Shown piece by piece: positions 27,526 to 41,053 of a DNA stretch of 64,000 nucleotides. Source of the stretch: Chrysomallon squamiferum. Taxonomy: Eukaryota > Animalia > Mollusca. The position numbers were made by a program, and so were the translations under genes. The stretch lies in contig CM022674.1 in assembly GCA_012295275.1 (NCBI GenBank), positions 7,874,001-7,938,000 of the forward strand. Reading direction: 5' to 3'. Position 1 is the first letter of the stretch; every line of letters starts with the position of its first letter. Under the pieces are notes generated by a model. It was not told where the DNA came from. It made no database searches and worked only from the letters and a program-made list of their open reading frames with translations.

Positions 27526-28745
27526 TGTGGTCAGTTTTAAGATGGGATTTAAAAACAGGAAGGCATTATTAACATTGTTACTGAGACAGTTTAGTTGTTT
27601 TTATCTGTGACGTTTTACTTTTACAACCAGAAGTACTTTACAGAAAATAGTCTCTTTTGTGTGCTTTGTTTTCATCAAAGCTTCTGATTTGTATTTAATT
27701 GTAGTTTCAGAAAACAAAGCAGGTTTATCTGTCAGAAGAAATAACCAACTCATTGTGTTTCTGAGTAATTTAATACTTTAAGTGCACTAAGTAGAAATAC
27801 TACTATCTATACTAAACATTCAATCTACAGCCTTACATCATCTTTTGATATTACTTTTTTTTCCATTTAAAATAATTCATGTTTTTTTTCTTGTTTTTAG
27901 ATTAAATTTATAAAACACATATTTTAATCAAAATCATTTATTTATTAATATAACTTCAAATAAATAATCTGTAACTAAATTAAAATTTTTACATTAATTT
28001 AATTGACAAAATTCAATAGAGAAACTATATTCTGAATGCAGTTACTATAAAGATCAATGGTTATCATTAATCATTGAAAACTCAGAAATATTGATCCACA
28101 AATTGTAAACTAATATTTATTTTATAACATTTTTCATCTCTTTTTCTTCTGGGTGAAAACCGATTGTCTGACTGTGTTGAGATATGAAATATCATGAATC
28201 AAGCCGATCAGGTTAATTTCACTAACAACAATGGCTCCTGTGATATCTACTTGTGTGTTGCTTACACTGAGATAGCTGTGTGTTTTGGTTAATAATGGAA
28301 TTGTTTGTGAGTCTGGTAAAGCAAAGTGATTGAGTATTGGATTCTTCTGTTTGGTGTATTCTGCTGTTTGGTGTTTTCTGTAAAGGCGCTGTTGGTCTTG
28401 GACTACTTGTTTCATCTTTGCTTATTGATCGCTTCAGTTGTGAACTGCCATTATCCCAGTTACTAGCTAGACTTAATAATCACACGAATCATTTAATTTA
28501 CCCAGTCCACAATAACGAACAAGTGCAGTGCGGCAGCATCTTGCCGCTAGATGTCAGGTCTCTTCTTTCACTAACAAACACACTGCAGCAAGACTTCTTT
28601 TACTAACACACACTGGAGTAAGGCTGCTTTTACAGACCAGGTGCACACTATGGAAGTAATGTTTCACTGTCAGAAAGATATGAGAAATTTTCAGCTGAAA
28701 GAAAAAGGTGATTTTTATGCTTTGACATCACAACAGACAAAACGT

Positions 28746-28759
28746 GTTACCATGGCAAC
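28746..28759. promoter_or_regulatory. RFX X-box-like palindrome GTTACCATGGCAAC overlapping the leader ATG
   Basis: Matches the GTTNCCATGGNAAC X-box consensus; function untested. Confidence 0.5.
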
Positions 28760-28863
28760 TAAAGGTGTTTTATTTCAGCCGTCGTGGAAGAAAGTTTTGT
28801 ATGGAATATTTGTAATTTTGTTGTTGTCCCATTCTGTGACTGCCTGTTATAAATACCCACCAG
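28752..28863 (+). CDS. AGRN: Putative alternative N-terminal signal-peptide leader fused to FS2 (MATKGVLFQPSWKKVLYGIFVILLLSHSVTA|CYKYPP); may start at upstream ATG 28650
   Basis: accATGG Kozak context, basic n-region (WKK), hydrophobic core and V-T-A cleavage motif. In frame with FS2; the frame is closed upstream by TAA at 28572-28574. Confidence 0.7.
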
Positions 28864-29100
28864 GTAAAATCAACCCCTGCGAAGGTCATCCATGCAATTT
28901 TGGTGCCAAATGTGTTCCCTCGTTAGATGGGACAGCATACAGGTGTGTCTGCGAGGACAGGTGTGATTCTTTTGGTGACAACGTTGGCAGCACAGCGGTG
29001 TGTGGCAATGATGGGGTCGACTACCCCAACATGTGTGAACTGAAAAGAGCAGCGTGCCACTCAATTACAGAAATCAGAGTGAAGTATTATGGGAAATGTG
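28864..29100 (+). CDS. AGRN: Agrin exon, FS domain 2 (GKINPCEGHPCNFGAKCVPSLDG...VCGNDGVDYPNMC...YYGKC)
   Basis: Internal acceptor ccaccag|GT (phase 1), donor G|gtacgt; 237 nt; DGVDYP motif as in vertebrate FS2. The 5' boundary is ambiguous because of the upstream in-frame leader. Confidence 0.88.
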
Positions 29101-29711
29101 GTACGTACTTTTTTATTTCATTTTTGATTTTGCATCTTTTATTTACTTAGTTTTACTCTTTTTTATTATTATTTTTATTTTCTCTTTTCCTCTTTTTATA
29201 CATTTTAAAATAAAGTGGCTGTCTTAAAAACAACTTTCAGTATTGTTACATTGTACAGAATTTGTAAAAATCTTAAATAATTATAAACCTTTAGCTTCTG
29301 TTATTATTATTACTTTTTTTAATTATTTTTTTTATTATAACCTTTACCAGGTGTTTTCTTCAGGATTATTGCTTATACTATTATTACCATTACTAGTACT
29401 AGTACTATTACTACTTCTACTACTATTATTATCATCATCATCACTAAATGTTATCTATTATTTTTGTTTACTTAAATCATTATTAAGAACACCTACTGTA
29501 ATTATCTTGACATTAACAAACATCATTAGCATCAATATTTAAACATGTCAATTACTTTGATGGATTTAATTTCCTGAATTAATAGATGTTTACAAAACAA
29601 ATGATTTAAAACAAAACAGATTCAAAATAAAAAGCATTGTGTATTATAATCATATTTAAATATTAATGGTCTTGTTTCAACATCATTGTTATTGCTGTTG
29701 TTATTGTGTTG

Positions 29712-29753
<42 letters not shown>

Positions 29754-32700
29754 GCTATTGGTATTTAAGTTTCAAAATGGTTGATGTTTATAGTAAGTAG
29801 TTGTACAGAGGTTTATTAACCTGTCTAATGTTGAGTATTTTTAAGTATTTTAGTACTGTTATATTATTTTTTAAATAATGGTAATAATTATCGCTTGTAT
29901 AATTTGAATTTAGCTTTACATCAGGAAGCAAAGCTAGCAAAATGGATTTTATAATACAGTTTATTACATTCAGTGTTTTAAGACAGCCACTTTTTGTTAT
30001 AATTTTATTTTGCATTTTGTAGAAGGAATCATTTCAGAAAACAATTGCATATTTATTTAAGAAAGCTTTATTGTTTTGTTTTTCTAAAAACAGTTTAATT
30101 TTAATTTTTTTTATTTCTGAGAATATTGAATTTTTCATCTTTTATTATTGATATGTATTTATAACAGTAATATTCTTCTTATTCAAAGTCACGTTTTAAC
30201 ACTGGTAAATTTATGGTATCCAAATTTGGGTTTACTTAGATACCAGGTCCAGTAAATAAATAAATAAGAAAAACGAAAAACACAGTCACACATATACACA
30301 CAAACACACACAACACATGCAGACTAGTAGAGATATTTCTGTAAGAGACATATGATAAAAAAAAAAAAAACATCTTTAGTAAGTAATATCAGATATGTTG
30401 AAATTATAAGTTTGTGATCAATGTTAATATTCAAAATTGGTGATAAAAAACAGTGTGTGTCAAGCTATACATGTTTAATAAACTATCTGAACAATTTTAT
30501 CATAAATAAACAGATACATATAAAACAATCAATATAATTAAAAAGCAGATAAATAAAATAGAAAATGTACAAAAGTCTAAGAATCCACAGATTTTATTAT
30601 TAATTACCTGAACATACTTGTTTTAATATAATAAATTTTAATAAATGAATCTAAATATATTTAAATCCAATTGTTTTTTAGTAAATATACAGTTTTATTA
30701 TTTGTTCATCATTTTTAAAGATAGAAAAAAAAAAATAAAAAAAATAAAGAAATTAATATAACTCATTATTTTTTAAAGTTCATTTTGATTTATATGAATG
30801 AATTTGCCATTTATTTATTTATTTGCTTCAGTAAATTTTCTTGTTTGTTTTTATTACTAGAAAGTTTTGTTCAAAAATATAAAATTTTGTTCAGTTTTAA
30901 AATTGTTTGATAATTTTCTTTGGTTTGTTAAAATGTATAACCTGGATTAATTGTTCAAGAGAAGGTAAGTCAGTTGAGTTATCTCCCTTTAAAGATGTCC
31001 ACCTCCCCTATGTTGCATATGTCAAAAGAATGAGGGAGTTACTAAGTGAATTGCAGATGATTGCTACAAACAAAATATATATATATATATATTATTATTA
31101 TTATTATTATTATTATTGTAATTGTTGTTGTTTTTATAATTTTCTCTTTAATTAGAAACCTTACTAACTTAGCTATTCATATTATCCTATTCTAACCATG
31201 CCTCTGAGTAATAATAATTGTAAATAATTACTGTAAGCCTTTCATATAAATAATATTTTCTAACATTTTATATGATAGCTTGGCCCTGCTTCGTTAATCA
31301 TTTGTTTGTTTGTGTGTGTGTGTGTGTGTGTGTGTTGTTTGTGTGTGTGTGTGTGCATGTGTATACGTGTATATCTAGCAGCTGAGCACTATGTTGTTAG
31401 TCAATATCAGTGTATTCATCTGTGTATCTGTGTGACAATCATAAAGGACAAAGACAGTGATATAGCAAAATAGTGACAAGAAGAAGCATATATAGCTTGA
31501 CTGGGCTTAAAATAACCCTTAAACAAAACAAATTTAAATTTAAAACATATGCTGTTAACAAAGCTGAGTTAAAAAAAATAATAATTCTTGTTTTCATTAT
31601 TTTTAAACTTATTTTATCTGAAAAGAAATGTGAAATATCTGTTGATGTTTGTCTTCTGATTTTACCAGGAAGTACTTGAAGTTCTGTACATCTTATACTA
31701 TTTTGAATATTCGGATCACTGATTGTAATGATCAGTTATGTTTCTTGTATAAATATTTATTTTAACATACATTGAATTGTCCTTAGTTTCCTTTAAAAAG
31801 AGATGCAAAACATAATTAATCCTGAACTCATCCATGTGAGTCTGTTTCATTTGTTCATCACTATCTCTAGAAAACAAATGTGTTATTGTTTTAAATATTC
31901 AAAAAAAGCATTTTTGCCTTCTTCATTAACTCCAAAGAAATATTTTTTCTTTATTTTATTTATACTTATATCATTTGTTTATTTTATTTTGTTAATTCCA
32001 AGATGAAGTTTTTTGTCTTCTATTTTGTTAACCAATTCTAAAAAACATTTGTTCTCTTAGTTTCTTAACTCTAAAAACATTTATTCCTTGAATTTTATAA
32101 ACTCTAGGAGAATTTATACATCCTATTTTATTAACTCTAAGAACATTTCCTACTTCTATTTCATTAAACCTAAAAAAAAAAAAAATTTGGTTTCTTCTGT
32201 TCCATTAGTCCTAAAGAACGTTAGCTTTTTTCTTCATTTGTTACCACCATCTTATTTACATCACAGGAGTACTTGTTTCTATTATATTACATTATGTGAT
32301 TGATTCAATACAGTTCACTGTTTATTTTTAGCATCAAGTCCTGCAGGACTGTGAAAGGATAATAAATGAATTAGTTTGTAATTTTGTGCCGTTCATTACC
32401 TTGGTTTACAGATAGACAGGTTTTATATGTGTCTGAGCTGTCCCAAGATGAAGCTAATTTCAGTGACCTTTCTCAGAATCCAGTAATTAAGTCAAACTCT
32501 GACAGGTCATGTTGATCTCAATGAAGTCTGTGACCTGAATTTTTAGTGACCTAAAACACAAAAAATGAATAATAAATAAAATAAATTTTAAGAATTGTGT
32601 GTGTGTTGTAAAAAAAAAAAAATATGGTTTTCTTTTCTTTTAATTGTTAATATTATTACCTTTTTTTTTTTTATCTGAAATAAAGAATAACAAGGGATGT

Positions 32701-32821
32701 ATAAAAACATACATAGAGTTTTTAGGATTTTTTTTTTCTATTTTAGATTTAAGAATTTTCAGTTACTGTTTGGCAAATTTAAATGCTTGTTTTGATTACA
32801 GTGTTACTCTAGTATTATACG

Positions 32822-33780
32822 ACTACAGCTACTACTACTATAGCTACTACTACTACTATAGCTACTACTCTAGAGCTACTACTGCCATAGCTACTACTGC
32901 TACAGCTACTACTACTATAGCTACTACTACTATAGCTACTACTACTACAGCTACTACTACTACAGCTACTACTACTAGAGCTACTACTACTATAGCTACT
33001 ACTACTGTAGGTACTACTACTATAGCTACTACTACTGTAGCTACTACTACTATAGCTACTACTACTAGAGCTACTACTACTATAGCTACTACTACTATAG
33101 CTACTACTACTGTAGGTACTACTACTGTAGGTACTACTACTGTAGCTACTACTGATATAGCTACTACTACTACAGCTACCACTGATATAGCTACTACTGA
33201 TATAGCTACTACTGCTACAGCTACTACTACTACAGCTACTACTACTACAGCTCCTACTACTACAGCTACTACTGCTACAGCTACTACTGCTACAGCTACT
33301 ACTACTATAGCTACTACTACTACAGCTACTACTGCTACAGCTACTACTACTATAGCTACTACTACTATAGCTACTACTGATATAGCTACTACTGCTACAG
33401 CTACTACTGCTATAGCTACTACTACTATAGCTACTACTACTATAGCTACTACTCTAGAACTACTACTTCTATAGCTACTACTGCTATATCTACTACTGCT
33501 ATAGCTACTACTATAGCTATGACTGCTAGAGATACTACTGCTAGAGCTACTACTACTACTATAGCTACTACTACTGTAGCTGCTACTGCTAGAGCTACTA
33601 TTATTATTATAGCTATTACTGCTATAGGTACTACTACTATTATAGCTATTACTGCTATAGGTACTACTACTATAGCTGCTACTGCTAGAGCTACTACTAT
33701 TATAACTACTACTAATATAGCTACTACTAATATAGCTACTACTATTATAGCTATTACTGCTATAGGTACTACTACTATAG
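32822..33780. repeat. ~1 kb 15-bp satellite (ATAGCTACTACTACT and variants)
   Basis: Regular 15-bp period derived from (ACT)n; it produces the spurious Thr-rich and Val-rich ORFs. Confidence 0.95.
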
Positions 33781-36700
33781 TTGCTTTATTTACTCTAAGA
33801 CTTCTACTATATTACTATAGCACTACTGTTATTACTACTCTCACAACTGTTACATTTATCACACAGCTGCTACTACAACTAGTATTACTGATATTACTGC
33901 AGTAACTGATTCCATTATAAATAATAATAGATTAATTGTTGTAATAGTAGTAGTAGTAGTAAAAAGCAGCAGCAGTAACAGTAGTTGTAGTAGTAGTAGA
34001 AATAGTTATAAATACCATTATATCATCTAGAGTATCATGCATGTATTTTTCATGTTACTGTTATTCCTGGAAAATGTTATTTAACATGCCAAAACACAGT
34101 TGATGTTTGTTGTTTTCAACTTTATTATATAAAGATCAATTAATCTCAGACACAGGATAAATAACATCATTTGTAATTAATTTATTTTCCCAGTCATAAC
34201 ATGGATATGTGATAAATATGTTGTAAAAATCCAATAGATCTATTTAATGATCACACGAAGAAGATGCCGTAATTACTGGCAACTGTAATAAAACTTGCCA
34301 ACTCGCTCCAATAGACCAGCTCATTTGCCACAAACACTTAACTCTGAATTTTTATTACTGATTTTATCCCGTAATTCTCCAACACGGTGGAAGCATTTCT
34401 GATAGTTAATCAAGGTCTTGTGTGAGGCAAATCCACCGAGAACCCGCTCAGTTGATGCTCCGATAGTTTTTTGTGTTTGGAATCTGAGGATCTGACTGTT
34501 CCATTTTCTGTTGATGAAGTAAGAAGCAGGGATTGCAATATCCCAAAACACTTAGATTGCCCTTTTCACTGAGTTACAGCTTCTCAGAGTGATTGTGTGA
34601 GCAGATCCTCTGGCTGAGTCTGGATAATTTCATTACAGATATTGAATGTACTCTTTCATCATTGTGTAGGTAATTTAACTGGTAGCAGATTCACACTGGT
34701 GTTGTGGTAGCTGATGGTGAAGAGTTAGTGAATGAGATGTGATTAAAATGTCAGGATTAATTTTGTTATTTTAAGATAACAGAAGTTCTTTACATTTTTT
34801 TAGTTATTTATTAATTTAGTTATTTTTTATTTTTTATTTTTTTTAAAGTTATTTTGTAAAAACTTTTATTCGTTTTAAATACACTGAAACTTCTCAAAAC
34901 AAAAAGTTTGCTTTGGTCAAGGTTTTTGTATTAAAAACTCAGACACTGTGGTACTACAGTTTGACTGTATATTTATTTTTATCAGATATTAAAATAAAAT
35001 GTTGGATAATATATTTTAAAAATTCAGATTAAAAAAATGACTAACAGCAGAAATAAATAATAATTGTAATATATATAATAATGAAAATAGAATTTTATGT
35101 ATAAAGTAACTTTTATTATAATTACAATTAATGCAACCAATCCTAAACAACAACAACAAAAAAAGAAGAAATAAATAATTAAAAAAGACCAACCTGTATA
35201 AATTGACTTGAAAAGCATCTGTGCCAATACAAACCAAACAAACATGTTTTTTTGCAAGACATATTGTTATACCAGCATTAAAAACCTAAACAACAACAAT
35301 GTAAAATATGTGCTGTATTTAAAAACAATTTACAAATTGTGATTTTATTGATTTTTTTTATCTCTATCTGAGCTTGACGTTTTGAATTTCACTTTGTGAG
35401 TCTCCTACGATTTATTACACATTAACCTGTCTGCTCTTTCACAGATTCTTCATAGTTAAAAATGATTTCCTCACAGATAAAAAAACACTTTTCATTGTTT
35501 TAATCAATCTTTTCATTTATTTTAAACTGATTCTTGTTAGTTTAAAATAATCATTCCTCATAGTTTAAATTAATAATTTTTCATAGTTAAAAAGCAGTTC
35601 TTTTAGTTTTCGTTAATCACTATTCTTGTAGTTTCATTCTGTTCCATAACTTTATGTCTGTTAGTTTTAAAACCTAATTAAAGAAGAAAGATTTTAGAAT
35701 CAGACAAACCAAGGAGAATGAAATATTAAGCTGAGATTATTCAGACTGGAGACAAGTGACAAACAGCTCTGTTAGGATTTGGTGGAAGACACATTTATTT
35801 TAGAGCTGGTGGAAGCTAGAAAATTATTTGCATTAATATTTTTTGTCACCAGTTACTTCTTGCTAGCATTATTCATTTCCAAAATATAATTTGTAACTTT
35901 TTATTATATATATATTTTTTTATCTGTGGCACTATAAAAACTCGGAGAGCTGACAAATCAATAATTTTTAATATGAAGTTAATGCAGGATATTTTAACTG
36001 ATTTATTTCAGTCCTTTTTTTTTTTTTTTCATTATTTTTTTTTTGTCGACATCCTTCACAATTCATCTGAAGATTTCATTGTTTTAACATTTTTGTTTTA
36101 TTTGTTAAAAAGACCTAACAATTCATGACATCCATGTCCAAAATGTTTTGATATTATCCACAAAAATACTCACTGTATTATGAAATATGTATTTTATCAG
36201 AGATTGTGTCAAAGATGATTTTATACTTGAGGACTAACCAGATCAATAGAGGTTCATCAGCTATGCAGTAATGTAGTGAAGAAATATGATTATCTTGGGT
36301 TATAGAATTCAATCTCTTGGACTCAAAGTTCACTGCAAAGTCAAGTCACATTATACATATTTTATTGCCTGGGTTAACAGGTCACTCTCTCACAGAGGAG
36401 GGCGGAGTGCTTTATTGGTTATGTCTCTTGCTTAACTCTAGGTGTGTCCCAGGGGTGGTACAACGGATGCAGTATTTGTCTCCTCATATGACCAGCACAT
36501 GCTATTTACTAATTACATTTTAAAACAGAATTTTAACTTTGCAAACAGGAAATGGACTGATGTTTGTGGGTTACTCTTAATTCAAACCAGAATTTCTTAA
36601 ACATTCAAAAATCTTTTTTCAGTTAAAATATATTTTTATAAAGAGAATTGTAAATGAGATGAATATTAAAGTTATCATATGAAGAGAACTGAAACAGTGA

Positions 36701-38504
36701 CCTTAGGGTTCCTTAGAATGCCATTTTTAGTCTGAATGTCTATCTGTCTTTCTCTCCATCTCGCTCTGTGTTAGGCACTCAGTGGATCAGTGTAAGAACC
36801 TCTGTCATACAGATCTGTGTTGAAAGTCAACACTTGTCTTAGGGATGTTTGCTAACACACACTTTAGTCCTCAACATCCAGAAAGCCAATTTTTTCTTTC
36901 TTTTTGGTTCTTTTCCACTGATTTTGCTTTTTTTTTTAAATCTTACTTTTTTTACTGTGAATAAATGACTGAATTTTATTTTAAATGGCAAAATCAAGAA
37001 AAAATTAAACTTAAAATAAAAATAAAATAAAGAAGAAAACCAATATTACATTATTTAAGGGTTATAGCACAATTCATCATTTATTTGACATTTTTAAACT
37101 ACTGGATTGTACTTTTTTCTTTCTAACTTCATCTGGGAATAAAATGGAAATTTTTATTTAATGACAAATCAATGTTGTTTAAAACAAATATAACTTTATT
37201 TAAAGCTATAACAAAATGTACACATTCTTCTGGTAAGTTAAAAATCAGTGTTTTATCTTTCCTTTCTAGTTAAAATGACATACAGATAAGTCTTCCAGCC
37301 AGCCTTCTTGTCTCTGAATAACTGAATCAGGTTTTCATATTTAGGCTGCTGTGTCATAAATTCTCCTCACAGCTCTAACCTTTTGTCATTTCATCAAGTG
37401 CCTGAAACCCAGTAAAAACAACTTAGTGGCAAATAATTGGCATTATGAATCTCGTTCAAATGCGACGAAGAATAATAATTTGTCCTGTGAATCTCAGTTG
37501 ATCTCAAAGCAGAGCAATGTGATTTGTGACATGCAAAACTTTCTTATACAAAACTATAAAAAAAAAAGTTTGCTGACATTTAATAAACCAAAAAATACTG
37601 AAGAGTTTTTTAAATTATATTTTTTCATGAAATATTATTTTATTCTCATTTGATGTGAACCAAATTTTTTTTCAGTGATAATTGAAAGTCATTTTTTTAT
37701 GGGGTAATTGTAATGTAAAAACATCGATCTCATTTAAAGAGTACTTTACTTTGATTTATTTACAATCATTAGTTTGAAATTAATAACTCTTCATTCCTTA
37801 ATTTGATCTATTTTTTATAAATGATGTGAAAGGATTTCATTTCGATCCAGACAATTGTTAATAAGCAAAGAAAAAGTGGTTAAATTTATTCATACTCCTA
37901 AAATGAATTCATCAAAGAAAATGTCGTATGTTTTTAAAAAAAGAGGAAAAACATGGAAAGTCATTGACAATTCATTCCATGCTGTTAATAAGAACTAAAG
38001 TTTTTCCCAATCTCTGTCTCAGCTCCTGTCACACTGAAATGCATGAGAAGCACATGCAATTACCACCCACTAAAATAAAAAATCTATTTTATATGAATTA
38101 AATATTCTGAAGTGAAGTAGACATGCTGCTTTAAATATTCCACCAGGAAGCACTTTACTACTTATGCAGCTCCACAGGATTGAAAGCACATTAATTTTGC
38201 ATGTTGCCATGGTTACTGAAGCACTATGGTATTGAGTGCCAATCTTCCTGTCGAGTTCAAATATTGGTAATGGAAGTACAAACAGTTGTACAGACAATTT
38301 CAGAGCCATGAAGAATCGTGTAAACTTCAGTGAAAACATTCTCAGTGACTTCTCAGAATGTTCAAATTATGCCATATTGAAGATGTGCATACATGTACAT
38401 ATTCACTTCATCCTACCAGTCATTTCTGTAACAGAAACAAAAATGTGTGTGTGTGTGTGTACACAGATATACACATACACATACATATACATATACGTAT
38501 AAAA

Positions 38505-38545
<41 letters not shown>

Positions 38546-39154
38546 TTATGATAAAAAGAAATAAAATAAGAGATGCTCTGAATTAATATACAGAAACTAA
38601 AATTTAAAAAAAGTAAAATTAAAAACAACAAATTAAAAATGTGAAACATGCATAAGATCTGTACAAATTATTTGCATTCATCTGGGAAATATAATATAAC
38701 TATCTTGATGAATATTTCATTATACGGATTTGGCAAAGGATATAAAATATGAAAAGCAGCAGATGTAATAAAATTTTAACATACAATTGCCTGTAAAAAT
38801 CATTACAAAATACATAATGTTTAATATGATAATGTTATCAGGATGTGTCCTCAGTATGTAATATTTAATATGTAATTACATTATCAACATCATTTCGGAA
38901 TGTAATATTTAGTATATTAATGCCACAAAGATTAGTATTGAATATATAATAACATTTAATATTGGATTATATGACACAACTGACATATCGGTGGTGTTAC
39001 ACAGCAGGTCAGTCAGTGGAGTAATCTGATTTTGCAGTCTCTACAGACCTCATCTGATGTAACGAAACAGTGATTGAGCAATGATTTAAACTGATTTGCT
39101 TTGGTAGATGATCTAATTATTTGTTCATATTTGTTGTAGATAAAATTACATAGC

Positions 39155-39280
39155 TGTCATGTATAGATAAAACATGATTATCATCATGTATAGATAAAAG
39201 ATGATTATCATCAGGTATAGATAAAACAGATTATCATCATGAATATATAAAACAGATTATCATCATATGTAGATAAAATG
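39155..39280. repeat. ~27-bp minisatellite (tagataaaacatgattatcatcatgta), about 5 copies
   Basis: tagataaaa recurs at 39164, 39191, 39218 and beyond. Confidence 0.85.
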
Positions 39281-40299
39281 AATTAACTGCTGGTGACTCC
39301 TGACAATGGTAAAGTATAAATACTGACATGCCCAGTTAACCCCAGCTTCCCCACCATTGATTTCTTCAGCAGCTGTGTGCAAGTCCAGCTTAATGGCAAT
39401 CTTACCCCTGGGACTGACTTAGCTGATTTACTGTCAGAAGTAAGACGGGCAGTCAGAAGTAGATCAGTGAATAGCTCTTAACATTTCTTCATTAACATTT
39501 GTCTTATATTACTGACATTTATTGGTGCACATCAAGTCAAATGAATTAATAATTCAAAGCACATTATTGGTTTGTCAGAGGTTGTATTTTACTGTTTGTG
39601 GGAAGGTTCTTATAAAAACAAATCTCTTGCTGCTAATTGACACTACTGTTGATAAGTAGATACCATATTAATGCTACTAATACTTCTGTCATTATATCAA
39701 TTGCAATAATAATTATATTAATATTAAATTAGCTATTACTACTAAACTATACTTCTGCCATTACCACTGTTACTACTACAGCCACTGTCACTACTACTAA
39801 ACCTACAACAACCACCATTAACATAACTCCACTATCATAAAAATCATTACACCACCACTGCGACTATAACTGTTACTCTGCATTTTACAACTAACATTAA
39901 AACAGTACATCATTACATTACTGTAAAACTACTAAACTCTACCATTACTTTACCATTACACTATTACTACAACTACACAACCACAACAGCAAATCACAAC
40001 AAGTATAGCAACTACATCTATTGCTTTGCTTTTTTCTTTCTCAACTTCATCTCTTTTTTTTTTTCTTTTTTTTTCTTCTCTTTTTTTTTGGAATATGATG
40101 GAACTGTTTGATAGAAAATCCTGATTACTAGTCCATGTTATTAAGAAGCTCTAGCAGGATCATGAGAGATTTTTCCATAAGAAGATTTCTGTATTCAGAA
40201 TGTTGATGGTGACTACTCAATACTTCCATACAACACACAGATTTGTTTGCCACCCTCCTAGGTCAATACTTTCTTTATTACACCAGCTGAATATGAAAT

Positions 40300-40590
40300 A
40301 ACATCTAATATTTCACTAGCTATACATCTATAATATTTCATTAGCTCTCTGTAAATATATACAAAACATATTTTACTATCTTTCTATGACAAATGTTTCA
40401 TTAGTTTGCTGATATAAACATTCATTTAATCTCTGATATAAGTATAATATTGTACTAGTTTTTGTGATATAATATTTTACTAGCTCTATGACATAAATGT
40501 AATATTTTACTAGCTTTCTGTGACATTAATATTGCACTGGCTTTCTGAAATTACAATTTTTTTCACAAACTCTGACATAAATATAAATTC
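40300..40590. repeat. Degenerate ~30-bp tandem repeat (aatattttactagct.tctgtgacat)
   Basis: A recurring core is visible. Confidence 0.6.
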
Positions 40591-41013
40591 TAATCATGTT
40601 CCTTCAGAGAAAAATAATATCTCAAGCTGTGTTTCACAAAGAGCTGCTGAAAATGAAAGGTTATAAATGATCACGTTAGATTAGAGTGGAAACTATCAAT
40701 CTCTTTTCTCATCAGTTGAACTTGTCTTTTTGCACAGAAGCTATTAAACTCATCTGAGTATTTCCCGTTCCAAACATTTGTTACGTGGTTATATTGATGT
40801 ATCTATAATATTTTATTTTATTTATTTTTTTATTTATTTTATTATTTATTTATTTTTTTATTTTATTCATTATTTTTGTTAAAATATTTAGATTACTTTT
40901 TTTGTGAAATAATTATTTATATTTGCCTGTTTTTTTTCTCTGACAGTGCTCTTTTGAAAACACTTAGACAAGATGCCGGCCTTTTGGGTTCTGTAATTGA
41001 GTTGATGGCTTCA

Positions 41014-41053
<40 letters not shown>

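Noticed and set aside
32644-33905. 276-aa and 128-aa Thr/Ala-rich ORFs resembling a mucin or antifreeze-like exon, plus the antisense Val-rich ORF
   Set aside because: They are translations of a 15-bp ACT-derived satellite. The acceptor I checked (32801) is phase 2 rather than phase 1, no donor is evident, and the frame ends in TAG.
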